The translations under genes and the position numbers were made by a program. A stretch of 64,000 nucleotides of DNA from Mobula hypostoma (Eukaryota). Shown one piece after another: positions 23,887-36,554 of the stretch. Below the pieces are notes generated by a model. It was not told the DNA's origin. It did not search any database and saw only the letters and a program-made list of their open reading frames with translations. The stretch is taken from the NCBI RefSeq assembly GCF_963921235.1, contig NC_086097.1:89592001-89656000 (forward strand). The letters are read 5' to 3'. Each line of letters starts with the position of its first letter. The first letter of the stretch is position 1.

Positions 23887-24585
23887 AGACTATTGTTTTT
23901 AGATGGGGAGAGAATTCAAAATGCAGAGATGCAAAGGGACTTGGGAGTCCTTGTGCAAGATACCCTAAGGTTAACCTCCGGGTTGAGTCGGTGGTGAAGA
24001 AGGTGAGTGCAATGTGGGCATTCATTTCTACAGGTATAGAATATAAGAGCAGGGATGTGATGTTGAGACTGTATAAGGCACTTGTGAGACCACACTTGGA
24101 ATATTGTGTGCAGTTTGGGGTTCCTTATTTTAGAAAGGATATACTGACATTGGAGAGGGTTCAGAGAAGATTCACAAGAATGATTCCAGGAATGAAAGGG
24201 TTACCGTATGAGGAACATCTGGCAGCTCTCAGGCTGTATTCCATGGAGTTCAGGAGAATGAGGGGGGACCTCATAGAAACATTCCAAATGTTAAAAGGCC
24301 TGAACAGATTAGATATGGCAAAGTTATTTCCCATGGTAGGGGAGTCTAGGACAAGCGGGCATGACTTCAGGATTGAAGGACGTTCATTTAGAATAGAGAT
24401 GCAAAGAAATTACTTTAGTCAGAAGGTGGTAAGTCTGTGGAATTTGTTGCCACGAGTGACTGTGGAGGCCAAGTCATTGGGTGCATTTAAGAGAGAGATA
24501 GATGGGTTCTTGATTAGCCAGGGCATCAAAAGGTATTGGGAGAAGGCAGGGGAGTGGGGATGAATGGAAGAATTGGATCAGTCCA

Positions 24586-24935
24586 TAGAAACATAGAAAA
24601 CCTACAGCGCAATACAGGCCCTTCGGCCCACAAAGCTCTGCCTAACATATCCTTACCTTAAAACTACCTAGGCTTACCCATAGCCCTCTGTTCTTCTAAG
24701 CTCCATGTATCCATCCAGGAGTCTCTTAAAAGACCCTATCACTTCCGCCTCCGCCACCGCCACCAGCAGCCCATTCCACGCACTCACCACTCTCTGCGTA
24801 AAAAAAACTTACCCTTAACATCTCCTCTGTACCTACTTCCAAGCACCTTAAAACTATGCTCTCTTGCTAGCCATTTCAGCCTTGGGAAAAAGCCTCTGAC
24901 TATCCACACGATCAATGCCTCTCATTATCTCCCAT
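24586..24935 (-). mobile_element. CR1 3' end nested in a CR1 3' UTR
   Basis: Near-identical to 10995-11330. Confidence 0.88.
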
Positions 24936-25674
24936 CATTGAATGGCAGAGCAGACTTGATGGGCTGAATGGCCTATTCCTGCTCCTATATTTTATGGTCT
25001 TATGGTCTTAAATATCCCAGCTCTTGGAACATATTATAGTCCTGGACACTTCAATGTGTGTTTCTATTGCTACTGTGTACATACCTCTCACTGTGCACCC
25101 ACCCCCCCAGCTCACCATAACTAATGTAACCCTCAGACTGTCTATGTGCCTACTCAACCCTTTGTATGTTTCACCAGAACCCCCCGATGAACAACTCACC
25201 CATCGACTGATGTAGAATATAATCCTTGAACTCATCTTAGCCAGCCCTGTGTAAGTAAGCCTTGATTCTCATGATATATAACTCTCATAGTCATCTGTAC
25301 ACAGCTTAATCTTGACCCCTCTACATCTGACTATCTCAGCTCTCCAGCCGTTACCCTGAACACCTCCATATGGGACATTCTCTTCTCTCCATGCTCCTGA
25401 GCCAAAGAATATGTGTCGTCACTAGTTCCTTGAAAGAAACATAACTCCCAAACTTAATGTACTAACCCCTCAGCACTCTCTATATAAAATAACCCCAGAA
25501 CCCATCAAACTAAGTCTCCTCTAGTTGTGTGCATAACTCTAAACCCCTCAATATGACTCCCTTAGGAGTCTGCATATAACAATCCATCTCCTCATTTTTG
25601 CCAGCTCAAGTACAAAAGGAAACTTCAGAACCCTTCAATGCATCACCCCCAGATCTTTGTCTATATTAACACGA

Positions 25675-25945
25675 GGTGGCACAGTGGCATACTGGCCAGC
25701 AAAGTGCTTTACAGTGCAGGCTCAATTACAACCTCTGCCTGTAAGGAGTTTGTACATTCTCCCCATGGCTGTGTGAGTTTCGTCCGGGTGCTCTGGTTTC
25801 CTCCCACAGTCCAAAGGCCTACCAGTTGATAGGTTAATCAGTCATTGTAAATTGTCCCGTGATTCAGTTAGGGTTAAGTCGGCCGTTGAAGGAACAGAAG
25901 GGCCTATTCTGCGCTGTATCTCAGTAGAAAAACTGAATAAAAAAA
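25675..25945 (+). mobile_element. V-domain SINE
   Basis: ggagtttgtacattctcccc..tccgggtgctctggtttcctcccacagtccaaag; CR1-like tail gaagggcctattctgcgctgta. Confidence 0.8.
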
Positions 25946-26339
25946 TTATACCTCTAAATCCCTTGATTTAGGTCTCTGAACTATGTGTGCAATGTAAGCC
26001 CAGTGTACCTCATTGTCTGACTCTCCAGTTCTCTATGCATAAAGTCAACCTCAGTAAGTATCCTCTTCAGCCCTGCTTCTAACGTGATCCCCAAATCCTG
26101 TGATGTTTGTCTCCCACTCTTCTCTGTATATAATATGATCAAAACTCTTCCATACGTCACCTTCATCTCTCTGTACAAAGAGCAGTGTCACTATTCCCCA
26201 TTAAAAATGAAAGGTGCTAAAAACCAAACATTCAATTTGCAGGTTTGCCATGGGTGGCTGTTTTGTTTTTGGGAAATTCAACAAGGAGCAGATTCCTTTT
26301 GTCAATATTTGTCAAGTAGCTTCTTACCCAAGGGAGCTT

Positions 26340-26760
26340 TAGAGATGATCAGTGCTGAGTTTCCCCTACTCTTCTTCCCAGTAACCTTACTGGGCATGGA
26401 TATTCCCAGCGACCACATGGAATCCCTCTGGGCACTTCACTTTCCCCGACACTCTAAAGGTTAACTGGTCACTGCGAATTTCCCCTTATGTGAATATGCA
26501 TGTTCTTCCTGTGACTGCATGGGTTTCCTCCGGGTGTTTCCTGTTTTCTCCCATATCCCAAAGACGTACGGGTTGGTAGATTAAGTGGCCACTGTAAACT
26601 GCCCCTAGTGCATAGATCATTTTAAAATCTGGGTTGAATTTTTGGGAATGGGACAAGAAATACATGGGATTAGTATAGCATTAATGTAAATGGTTGCAAG
26701 GTGATGTGTGTGGATGTAATTGGATGAAGAGCCAGTTTCCATGTCTTATGACTTTATAAC
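26340..26760 (+). mobile_element. two tandem V-domain SINE fragments
   Basis: gggtttcctccgggtg..tcccatatcccaaagacgtacggg at 26520-26575, preceded by an older copy. Confidence 0.65.
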
Positions 26761-28564
26761 AATTCATCAAAAGTGAAGTTACACCAAAAGCATGAATGGA
26801 GGCTGCTCAAATAGTCACTGTTCTGTGTCGATCATGTCTGCGCCACGTATTAGTTGCCAAACAAGCTGAATGTGGGACTCTCTCAGAGGCTCAACGAGTA
26901 CAACGCCCCTCAACGGCACATAGAGTGAAGCGGCCAGAGGTAGACAGCAAGTGGCAGGTCAGACAACCCTGCCCCAGTGTGGTCTCCACCCACTGCTGCT
27001 TAGGAGTAACATTGAATGTCTTGCTGGGTCTTTGTGAAGTGTTCCTCCCACTCGCCCCAGAACTCCACCCCGTTCATCATGGCATCCTGAAGAACACGCA
27101 TCTTTACCTTTGCACCTTCTGCATGCTTCCTGGAATATGGGATGACTCACACCTGCAGCTTTGAGAATGATAGAGAAGACTCCAGCCAGCACTATTTTGC
27201 ATTTGTGTGAGGTATGCATGCAAAGTGCCTTAACATAGTTGGCAATGCGTTGTTGATCACATAATGACAATAGGGTGGGAGCAGAAACTTGGCAGGAACC
27301 CTACAACAGTTGAAATCACTGTGGACACGACATCACTATCCTAGTTAGTTTCCCAGCCTGGCCTCAAAACGGAACTTCAATCTCTAACCTCTCAACCGAC
27401 TAAAATCAGTAAGGCAGAGCACAAAGCACTAAAGAGAGAGTGATAAAATGGGCTCATGCACTCCACATTTCCCTTAGGGAAGAAGCTACTTCAAGACATT
27501 AAATTCAAGTTTAATATCATTCAATCATCTGCCTACGCACATACCGCCTAATGAAACAATGTTCCTCTGGACCAAGGACACAATACATATAAATCACACA
27601 CAGCAAATAATATTACCACAAATAAAATTAACAAATAATAAGATATATTTCACTAGATTGACAAAAGGTATTTTGTACACATTCACTTCAAAGACCCTTG
27701 TTGGACTTTCAAGAAAAAACCCAATCTTCCATGCATGAAAGTGCATATCAAATCTGTGAAGTGTTTGAATGATTTCTAGCAACTTTGGCTTTTAACAGTG
27801 CATAAACACACAGTGTTTTGGGATTATATTGTATAGAGAGCTGTAGAGGATACATATTGAGCTATTCTGAGGTCATACATAAAGAAGGGGATAGATATAT
27901 TAACATGACAGCCTTCAATACGAAGTCCACATACAACTCCACAACATCTCTTGGTTTAAACACAGCTTGGGCTAGGACAAAATGGGGTCCCATTTCTCAT
28001 CAAGATTTGAATGAGGCATGAAACCAAACTGTGTTTCTTTGAAAAGATTAAATAAATTCCTCTCTGATTTCCTATTCTGTGTTCTTGCATCTGTGTTGCT
28101 GTAAGTTTCCACTTCTTGTTTTGTGAGAAAGTTTATGTGCACTAATTCAGTTGTGTACAGAAAGGGTTAAGTATTTTCTGTTTTGCAACCACCTCTCTTA
28201 AGAACGGGTCAACTTCTTATTGGCTAACAGGGTGGCAGATTTTTGACAAGACTTCCCTTGAGGTATACTAGATATGCAATGTGGCTACACCTGGTTTCAC
28301 CGCACATCCTTCAGTGCTTCAGCGAGCAGTCACGTGGCAGAACATCAAAGTCTAGAGAGACTGAAGCAGGTCAGCAACTCGGGTGCTCATGTCTAACCAC
28401 TTTCTGCAGGATTCCTGTTGTCAGGAGCGTGTCGAGCTGAGTTAGATGAAGGTTGGGCAGCAAAACCAACCGGTTTCATCACTTCCTTCCATCCCGTCCA
28501 TCTTCACTGGGCGTTACATTGCTTCAGGAATGTTAATATTATTAGCATTCCTGGGCTGCCGGCT

Positions 28565-28735
28565 GCTGGAGGTGGATAAGACAGGGTCTTTTAAGAGATT
28601 CCTGGGTAGGTACATGGAGCTTAGAAAAAATAGAGGGCTATGGGTAAGCCTAGGTAATTGCTAAAGTAAGGACATTTTCGGCACAGCTTTGTGGGCTGAA
28701 GGGCCTGTACTGTGCTGTAGGTTTTCTATGTTTCT
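28565..28735 (+). mobile_element. CR1 3' end
   Basis: GSFKRFLGRYMELRK; tail gggctgaagggcctgtactgtgctgtaggttttctatgtttcta. Confidence 0.85.
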
Positions 28736-29439
28736 ACTATCACCCAGGATGGCTGCCACTAAGGCCATTCTCTTCTCTCTTGGATGACAGCACTCAGGAG
28801 CAGCTTCTTCCTACCCACAGTTATCAGCCTTCTGAGCTAATCAGCTCTTTCACGTTCCCTTCCCAGTGGCGCTGCCATATTCTCAGCCTCCTAATTCTTC
28901 CTCACTCAGTGATTCCCTTATTCATACTTCATCATTTTGTTTTGCACTAATTCTGCTCTTATTTCAGACTACACTACTATCTAAGCACCGTTCAGTTGTA
29001 CTTTGCACCATTCTGTCATTTTGTGCATGTAGCTGCTTTTAATAATAAACTTATTCTAACCATGTACCCTATAATGTTTATTCAAGCGAACAACGAATTT
29101 CATTGCACCTTGATATATATCCAGCCTCATCTCTATTTAACATCTATGGGCTTCTTTTTGGTGTTTCTCCCTTTTTAAAATTTTATTCTGTTAATCAACT
29201 TTTGCTTTATTTTAGAAATTATTTTTATTCTGATTTCTGTACTTAGAAATATTTTAGTTTACAAAATAAACTTATCTGAATCTAAATATGATTATATATT
29301 GCAAGTACTTTTCTAATGAAACATCACTTCAGTGAATGAGTTTGTGCAGAAATTGGATGGGATCTAAAAGCAACTTGAGTGTAAATCCTTCAGCAGGTGA
29401 TTAGCCCCTCAGATGTGTTCCACTTCGATGAAATACCAG

Positions 29440-29865
29440 AGGGCTGCTAGGGATCAGAGAATCACTCAGTTAGTTCATCATGGGCATTAACCACTCCGGC
29501 ATCCAGGACACCTTCAAGGAGCAATGCCTCAAAAAGGCAGCATCCATCATTGAGGACCCTCATCACCCAGGACATGCCCTCTTTTCATTGCTACCATCAG
29601 GAAGGAGGTACAGGAGCCTGAAGGCACACTCTCAACAATTCAGGAACAGCTTCTTCCCCCCTGCCATCAAATTTCTGAATGGACATTGAACCCATGAACT
29701 ACCTTTTTTTCTCTATTTGCATGACTGATTTAATTTAACATTAAAATATATATACTTACTGTAATTTACATTCATTATTATGTATTGCAATGAACTGCTG
29801 CCACATAACAAAAATATTCACAACATATGCTGGTGATATTAGCTTGATTCTGATTCTGATTCTGA
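29440..29865 (+). mobile_element. Rex/Babar-type LINE 3' end
   Basis: [39 protein letters not shown]; (TCTGAT)n tail. Confidence 0.88.
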
Positions 29866-30349
29866 ATGCTTGAGTAATAAAGAACATCTTCTCGGAAAGG
29901 AAATCCTTCAAGTTAACATACCAATAAGAACGAGGTGCCAATGACTGCGAGTAGAGCTGGTGACAATTCTTTTGGGGATCAGTTTGTTCTCAGCTGCCAG
30001 CTCCTGATGGTGTAATTTTATCCCCTTTTAGCTTGTACTCACTGCAGCCATTACACCCAGTAAAGACTGCATCTCATCCACACCCCCCCCCCCACCGACT
30101 CATGTGATTGCTCAAAGTCTGGGGTGAGGTGCTTCCACGGCAGTTCTCTGGGTCCGCGGGCGGCTGATAGCCTCTACTCAACGCACAGACTCTTCCACAA
30201 GAGTTGCTCAGGGCTGGGTGCTGGGTAGGTACTTTGTGGGGTGGGTGCACTCTTTCTGTCATTTACATCAGGGCTCTGTGTGCTGCCAAAACTTGTGCTC
30301 AAGATTCTCAACAGCATCTTGAAAGCTCACTCTACATGCACAGTCTGCT

Positions 30350-30900
30350 TCGTTCAAGTTCAACATCAAAGTAAGTTTATTATCAAAATACATACACAGT
30401 ATGTCGCCATATATTACCCTGAGATTTATCTTTTGCAGGCATTCATGATAGAACAAAGAAATACAATAGAATCAATGGAAAACTACGCACCAAGATATTC
30501 TAAGTAACCAACGTGCGAAAGAAGACAAGCTGTGCAAATAAATAAATAAATAGATAGATAGATAGCATCACACACAAAATGCTGGAGCAACTCAGCAGGC
30601 CAGGCAGCATCCTCTATCCTGATGAAGGGTCTCAGCCCAAAATGTTGACTGTTTACTCTTTTCCATAGATGCTGCCTGGCCTGCTGAGTTCCTCCAGCGT
30701 TATGTGTCTGTTGCCTTGGGTTTCCAGCATCTGCAGATTTTCTTGTGTTTGAAATAAATAAATAGATTGATAAACTAACTACCAATAAATGAATAAATAA
30801 ACAAAACAGATAACATTGAGAATATGAGTTGCAGAGTCCCTGAAAGTAAGTCCATATGTTGAGATCAGTGACTGGTTCAGTGGTGAGTTGATTGAACTGC
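30350..30900 (-). mobile_element. Rex-type LINE 3' UTR, interrupted by a PLE insertion
   Basis: Reverse tail ttcaagttcaa..aaagtaagtttattatc; (AAAT)n/(AGAT)n run flanks the insert. Confidence 0.65.
30566..30752 (+). mobile_element. Penelope-derived inverted pLTR insertion with decayed hammerhead motif
   Basis: Inverted arm 30566-30611 pairs with about 30668-30713; CTGATGA-agggtctcagccc-aaaa-tgtt-gactg at 30619-30651. Confidence 0.82.
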
Positions 30901-31654
30901 GTCATGTGTTTTCCTCTTGCGAGAGGTTCTCATCCACAAACAAGAGAAAATCTGCAGATGCCGGCCAAGGATGCCATTGCACTAATTCTTGATCTGTTAA
31001 AAGTTTCTAAAGCAGAAGCCCCACCTCTGGGATCTGAGCCCAGCACAAGGGCCAATACTCCAGTGCAGCCCTGAGGGAGCAGTACAGTCCAAGAGATGCC
31101 ATCTTTCTGATGAAAACTGAGCCTCCTTCTGCCCTCACCATTTCAATGAAGGCAGGATCATTCACTCCTGTGTCCTGCATAATGTTTATCCATTGATCAA
31201 TGTCTCTCAAATAATTGACTGCTCATTGTTTCTTTGCAGTTAGTGGTATTTTCTTGCAGGCATATTGGTTGCTGCCACTCCTGGTGTGAAACACTGTCCC
31301 TACTTCAGGCTTGTTTGAGTGGAATTATTTCATTGTGAAATGAGATTTAGGGATACAAATCTCACTTTCCTTGGGGGTGATACCCTTGGTAAGACTGGGA
31401 AAATGGTTGGTTCCTGTGACAGTTTCATGCCTCAAATGTTTGTCCTGACCCAGGCTCATGACTCAGTCAGTAACACAGACTTAACACACACCTGGACCCA
31501 CACACCCAGTGATCACAGAAAATCTGCCAACTCATCTCCAGCCTTCTCAGTTTGGCAGAAAGAAACAGCAGCGATGATAGCTACTGGTGCAACATGAAAT
31601 AGCTTGAATTGGATGGTAGGAGCAGTAGAATTTATTCAGACATTGCCAATACTT

Positions 31655-32065
31655 ATCTACTTACTGCCCTTTATGCTGCTGGTGTCTTGGGCAGCAACGG
31701 AGGTTCTCTATCAGCCTTGGCAGTGTTCAGGGCTTCCTTCATCATGCCAGTAGCTTCCACTCAGTTTTCTGCCATGAAAGTCCTGGGTGGAGACTCAGGA
31801 ATACTGTTGCCCACAGATGTAGAAGAATTTTTCATTGCTGTTTCTGTAACAGTTTTGTTCGATCAGTCAGGGGTTTTTAGCCCTGAACTGAACCTCCTAA
31901 GCTGGAGGACAAGTGGCCCACTCTTAGTCTGGCCTCTATCCTTTGACCTGTTTGGCATGGGTGACCCTACCAGGAGCTAAAGCATAAAACCCTAACTCCA
32001 GCCAGCATAGCTCTCCAGGTCATTGAGTTATGCAAGCCTCCAAACCACAAAAAGATTGTTGTCCT
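31655..32065 (-). mobile_element. RTE-related non-autonomous element
   Basis: ggcctctatcctttgacctgtttggcatgggtgaccctacca...ctccagccagcatagctctc resembles the reverse of an RTE 5' UTR (recognised from memory). Confidence 0.5.
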
Positions 32066-32609
32066 CTTGGAGGATATTGGAGATTGTACTGGCATTTATA
32101 TTACAATCAACCCATATTTTACCTACAGTTTAGTTCACCTACTCTAATTACATCGCACACCAAGATTCATCACTTTCAATTCATGGTGCCTTCCTGGACA
32201 ATCCAAACTATCCTCATGTTACAAGGTACTATTCTTAAATTTGGAGATGGTTTCAGATGAAACCAGCAGTTGCCTCAGTGCCCCTTCAACGTAGGTCACA
32301 GCTGCAAGTTAATTTTTAGCTTAGTAACATTCAGAGTCTGCTTTCGAGAAAGGGAGTGAATGCTTTTAGCAGTTACAGAGTGAAGTGGGCAGCTCTTTGC
32401 ATCAAGCGCTGTGTTCTGTCCGCGTGATTGCTGAGTCTTGGCACAAAGCAGCCGTTAGACAGATTGCCGATAACTGTAGACAGATGTCTCTGCAGTTCTT
32501 GTGTACACAAGATACCACATTCACCACACAGAGAGACTGATGGTTGTTGTTTGCTGAAAACCATATGACAAACCACCTTGGGAGACATTTAGAATGTGAG
32601 CTGATGGAC

Positions 32610-32925
32610 ACCACAAGACTACATCTACATGGAGCACTGTCGCAGGAAAGCAGCATCCATCAGCAGGGACCCTCACCTCCCAGCCCATGCTCTCTTCTCA
32701 CTGCTGTCATCTGGAAGAAGGTACAGGAGCCTCAGGACTCTCACCACAAGGTTAGGAACAACTGTTACCCCTCAACCATCAGGCTCTTGAACCAGAGGGG
32801 ATAATTTCACTCAACTTCACTTGCCCTGTCACTGAACTATTCCTACAACCTATGGATTCACTCTGAAGGACGCTTCATCTCTTGATATTTATTGGTTATT
32901 TATTTATTTGTTATTATTATTTTTT
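32610..32925 (+). mobile_element. Rex-type LINE 3' end
   Basis: RKAASI..PH.P...[15 protein letters not shown]-rich tail. Confidence 0.75.
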
Positions 32926-33264
32926 TTCTCAGCTCAAGCAGGTAAAACCTGAGGTATGAGCATAGCCAAACAAACTAATTTCTCAATTGCTAGGAACTTT
33001 TAGACCACTTTAGTGGTGTTTAGTATTGTGGTTTTCTGGAGATTTACATAAATTGTTTAATGCTATTATATAGTGGCTTTGGGATGATACCAGGTGTAAA
33101 TATTACTATTGGGACAAGTCAAGTCAAGTCTATTGTCATTCAACTACATATATGTATACTGTCAAATGAGATGTTTCTCCAAATCAGGATGTAAAGCACT
33201 GTAATATACATAACACATAATAACTTATGAAAGTATGGATGAAATCTACAAATGGATTATCTTG

Positions 33265-33680
33265 AATTTGTTGGTCTTTTATTTTGTAATTTTGATATTT
33301 TTATGTTAACCGACTGGTCCTGTACTGCCACAAGGAACCCTTCCCTTCCTGGGAAGATGTCTCCAACTCTCGGCAAGGTATTTGATGCTTCCTTGTCGAC
33401 ATTTTGTCCGCTCAGATTGTGGGGACGTCTTCCAGTGAGGGTCATGCTCTTCTATTGGGTAACTTTTCTGTTGATGGTAATTTCTTCATTTTTATGGGCC
33501 GTGCTTTCAGATAATTTTAGTGATGTGTACTTCTCACAATTGCACATGTTTATGCTGAAACCAGTTTTTGTTGATGAAAATATTTTCTTGAAAAGTTTTA
33601 TCTGACTGTTAGAAATATTTTTAATGTCTGTTGTTCCTCTTCCACCTTCTGTCCCAGGTAGTGTTAATCTATGTGCATTC
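33265..33680 (-). mobile_element. Dong/R4-clade non-LTR retrotransposon fragment
   Basis: LPGTEGGRG..DI...GRRPHNL...VDKEASN....GDIFPGREGFLVAVQDQ resembles the R4/Dong motif LYLPRxEGGRG...ETEGFxxAIQDQ. Confidence 0.65.
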
Positions 33681-33689
33681 GGTTGTTGT

Positions 33690-33915
33690 TATTATTATTA
33701 TTATCATTATTATTTTCTTTCCTTTTGTACTTGCACAGTTTGTAGTCTTTTGCACACTGGTCATGCACCCTGTTAATGTGGTCTTTCACTGATTCTATTA
33801 AAGTTATTGGATTTATTGAGTATGTCTGCAAGAAAATGGATCTCAGGGTTATATATAGTGACAAATATGTACAGTACTTAGATAATAAATTTACTTTAAA
33901 CTTTGAACTTTGAAC
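33690..33915 (+). mobile_element. Rex-type LINE 3' tail
   Basis: Homologous to 3000-3120 and 44340-44530; (CTTTGAA)n end. Confidence 0.75.
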
Positions 33916-34374
33916 ATGGGTGAATGATGGTTAATTCTCTGGGCAATCTGTTGATATTTCAATAGTATCTCCCATGATAAGTCATAAGCTCTGTGACATA
34001 ACACATCTAGATTAGGAAGCTCAGCCATTCATTTTTCAAGACCCTCATGCATTTTCTAATCCGGCACTCTGGTGTAGTACCAAAGGAATGATGGAGACAG
34101 TGAGATATTATAATAAAGGCTTATGGTGTCAGGTGAATGTGAAGTATAGGGAGAGAAAAATGGGTTCAGTGGGATTAGCTTAAAATTGGGTGCTTGATGT
34201 TCAGCATGGATTCAGCAGGTTGAAGGGCTTGTATTTGTTCTTTATACTTTATGACTCTCTGACTCAAAAAGATCTGATAACAATGTAGGAGGGTTCTTCC
34301 TGGTGTCCTGGCCAATATTTATCCTTCAAACAACACAATGAGGAACAGGTGATCCAGGATTATGGTGAGACGGT

Positions 34375-34790
34375 CAAGAGGTTCAGTTGTTGTTCAGACC
34401 AAACATCAGAATGATGAATAAATGTGATCTAAGTGACTTTGACCATGGAATGATTACTGGTGCCAGATAATGGCATTTTGAGTATCTCAGAAACTGCTGA
34501 TCTCCTGGGAGTTTTATGCACAACAGTCTTTAGAGTTTACAGAAAATGGTGTGAAAACCAAAAAAATACATTTAGTGAGCAGGAATTCTGAGTGTGAAAA
34601 TGTCTTGTTAATGGGAGAGGTCAGAGGAGAATGGCCAGACTAGTTCAAGCTGGCCGGAATGCAACAGTAACTGCAAAAACCACCTGTTACAACAGTGATG
34701 TGCAGTGGAGCGTCACTGGATGTATAACATGTTGAACCTAGAAACCGATGGGCCATAGCATTAGAAGACCAAGAACATACACTCACATCT
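34375..34790 (+). mobile_element. Tc1 non-autonomous fragment (same family as 15635-16175)
   Basis: Reverse complement of about 15680-16070. Confidence 0.75.
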
Positions 34791-36554
34791 CTGTCGTAGA
34801 TATAACAGTATCCCTAATTTCTTTTGAAATCTGAGGTTGATTCACCTTTCTTTTATTTTTGTGCCAGGCAAGAATGAATTTTTTTTTTGTTCATCTATGT
34901 GCTTTTGATGTGCTTACCATTGCTTTTCCACTGTTAACCCTTTGAGAAATATTCCTCAACACTGCCAGTTTTTTGACACATACTTCCGTAATTTCCTTTA
35001 TTTAGTTTCAGGACTCTACTTTCCAACTCAGCCCCCTTACTCATCATTGCAATGATGAACCATGTCACTTTGTGCTCACTCTTCCCCAAGCGGCCTACAC
35101 AACAAGAATGCTTTAATTCCTAACTTATTGCACTATACCCAAACTCAGCTGACCCCTCTCCAGTTGGCTTGTCAACATATTGATTCATATTTGAGATATG
35201 GACCAACTTCTGTACATTTTGGGACATGGCAGTAGCTTCTAAATTAAATACTGGAGATATACGAGAGACCAGGGAAGACAAGAGTATGTGCATAGGAGAT
35301 GTTCAGAGGACTATAGGCTAAATGAAGGCCAATGGAATGAACTTGCTGTGCATGGACTAATCGGGCTGAAGGGCCTGTTTCTATCCTGTATGATTCTGAT
35401 TCTATGAATGTCTGAACAAGTGGAAGAGACCTAATGTTCTCTTGCTTAAATTTGTTTTTTCTGCTCTGGGGTAAGAGAACGTGTTTGGAAATTCCTGCTC
35501 TTGTGGCTCACTAACGTGTCCTGTCTACGTCAGGCAAGGTTGTTGGTGGGAAGAAAGAGAAGGATAGGAATATGTAGAAGAGCCATTTGGTACAATGCCC
35601 TGGTACTTCCCTACGAAACAGTCCCGCCCAACCAGACATAGTTGTCCAGGTTGCTTTGGAGGGGTGACTCAGAGCTCAGTGAGTGCTTAGACTGCAGGCG
35701 AGGCTAGCGTGCTACATGGATAAAAAAAAACCATCGATGAATACAGGCATTGGGCAGAGAAGCTAATATCCTAGGGTTGTCAGCAGGAAATGGAAGACGG
35801 TTGGACAACCTTCCTTGCTCTCAAAGCCACAATAGGAGTAAAAATTTATTTCCAGTCTAAATCTTGAGACAGGGTTTTGGCACCAAATATTGTGCTGCAG
35901 CCCAGGTCCTGATTTCTAGTCCAGCAATCTGACAGCATGCATGAGAGCCAAGTTTCTCAGTTGGAACCAAAATGCTTTTATACCTCACCCTCCTTCCTGC
36001 ACGTGTCAAGCTTGTATTGACAAGTTCTGTCATTACAAGTGTCACTAATAACTTTACCTACTTGTTATGCGTTAAGATGCACCAGCCGCACAGTGCCAGA
36101 ACAAAGAATTGCATTCCTTTTACCTGCTTTTTTAGCTGAACAGCCACTGTCGCCCACACACGTGAGCAGCATACACCAGGCAGGAGTCAATTGTTCTCCT
36201 TTATCCAGGCTGCTCTTCCTGCATTATCATAAATTCCCTTTGAAAATAGTCAGCAGTAGGCTGCAGGCTCCAACTGACAACCTTGCAGGGTGATAATTGG
36301 TGCACCCTTGCCTCCATAGGTACATAGAACAGGGATCTTGCGGCAGCTTGATAATTTGCCAGATCGTGACGTGATGTAATAATCTAGCTATGAGTGCTGG
36401 AACAGGCCTGATGGAGTGATGTTCTCTTCTCCCTCTGAACGTCCCTGAATTAGCTGAGGAATAGTAGTAGGAAGCTCCATTGCCCCATTCTGCCTTCTCC
36501 CAATTCAATGAAGGGCTGATCCTATGGATGCAGAGTCAGTGAACATACTCAGGA

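Larger units (their letters stand above)
23625..25007 (+). mobile_element. CR1 LINE 3' portion with two nested insertions
   Basis: LQRDLD..EWA..W...YN..KC; ORF 23991-24563 LYKALVRPHLEYCVQF; tail gggctgaatggcctattcctgctcctat..ttatggtc. Confidence 0.92.
22860..26180. repeat. ancient degenerate minisatellite (about 40-55 bp unit), split by a CR1 and a SINE
   Basis: Recurring tataacc..gaac.c....gatgt.tctcc.cagctct.tgta-like motif in 22860-23615 and 25010-26180. Confidence 0.55.

Noticed and set aside
26959..27160. Minus-strand exon after ctgcag at about 27152
   Set aside because: No recognisable protein similarity and an ambiguous donor; cannot be supported
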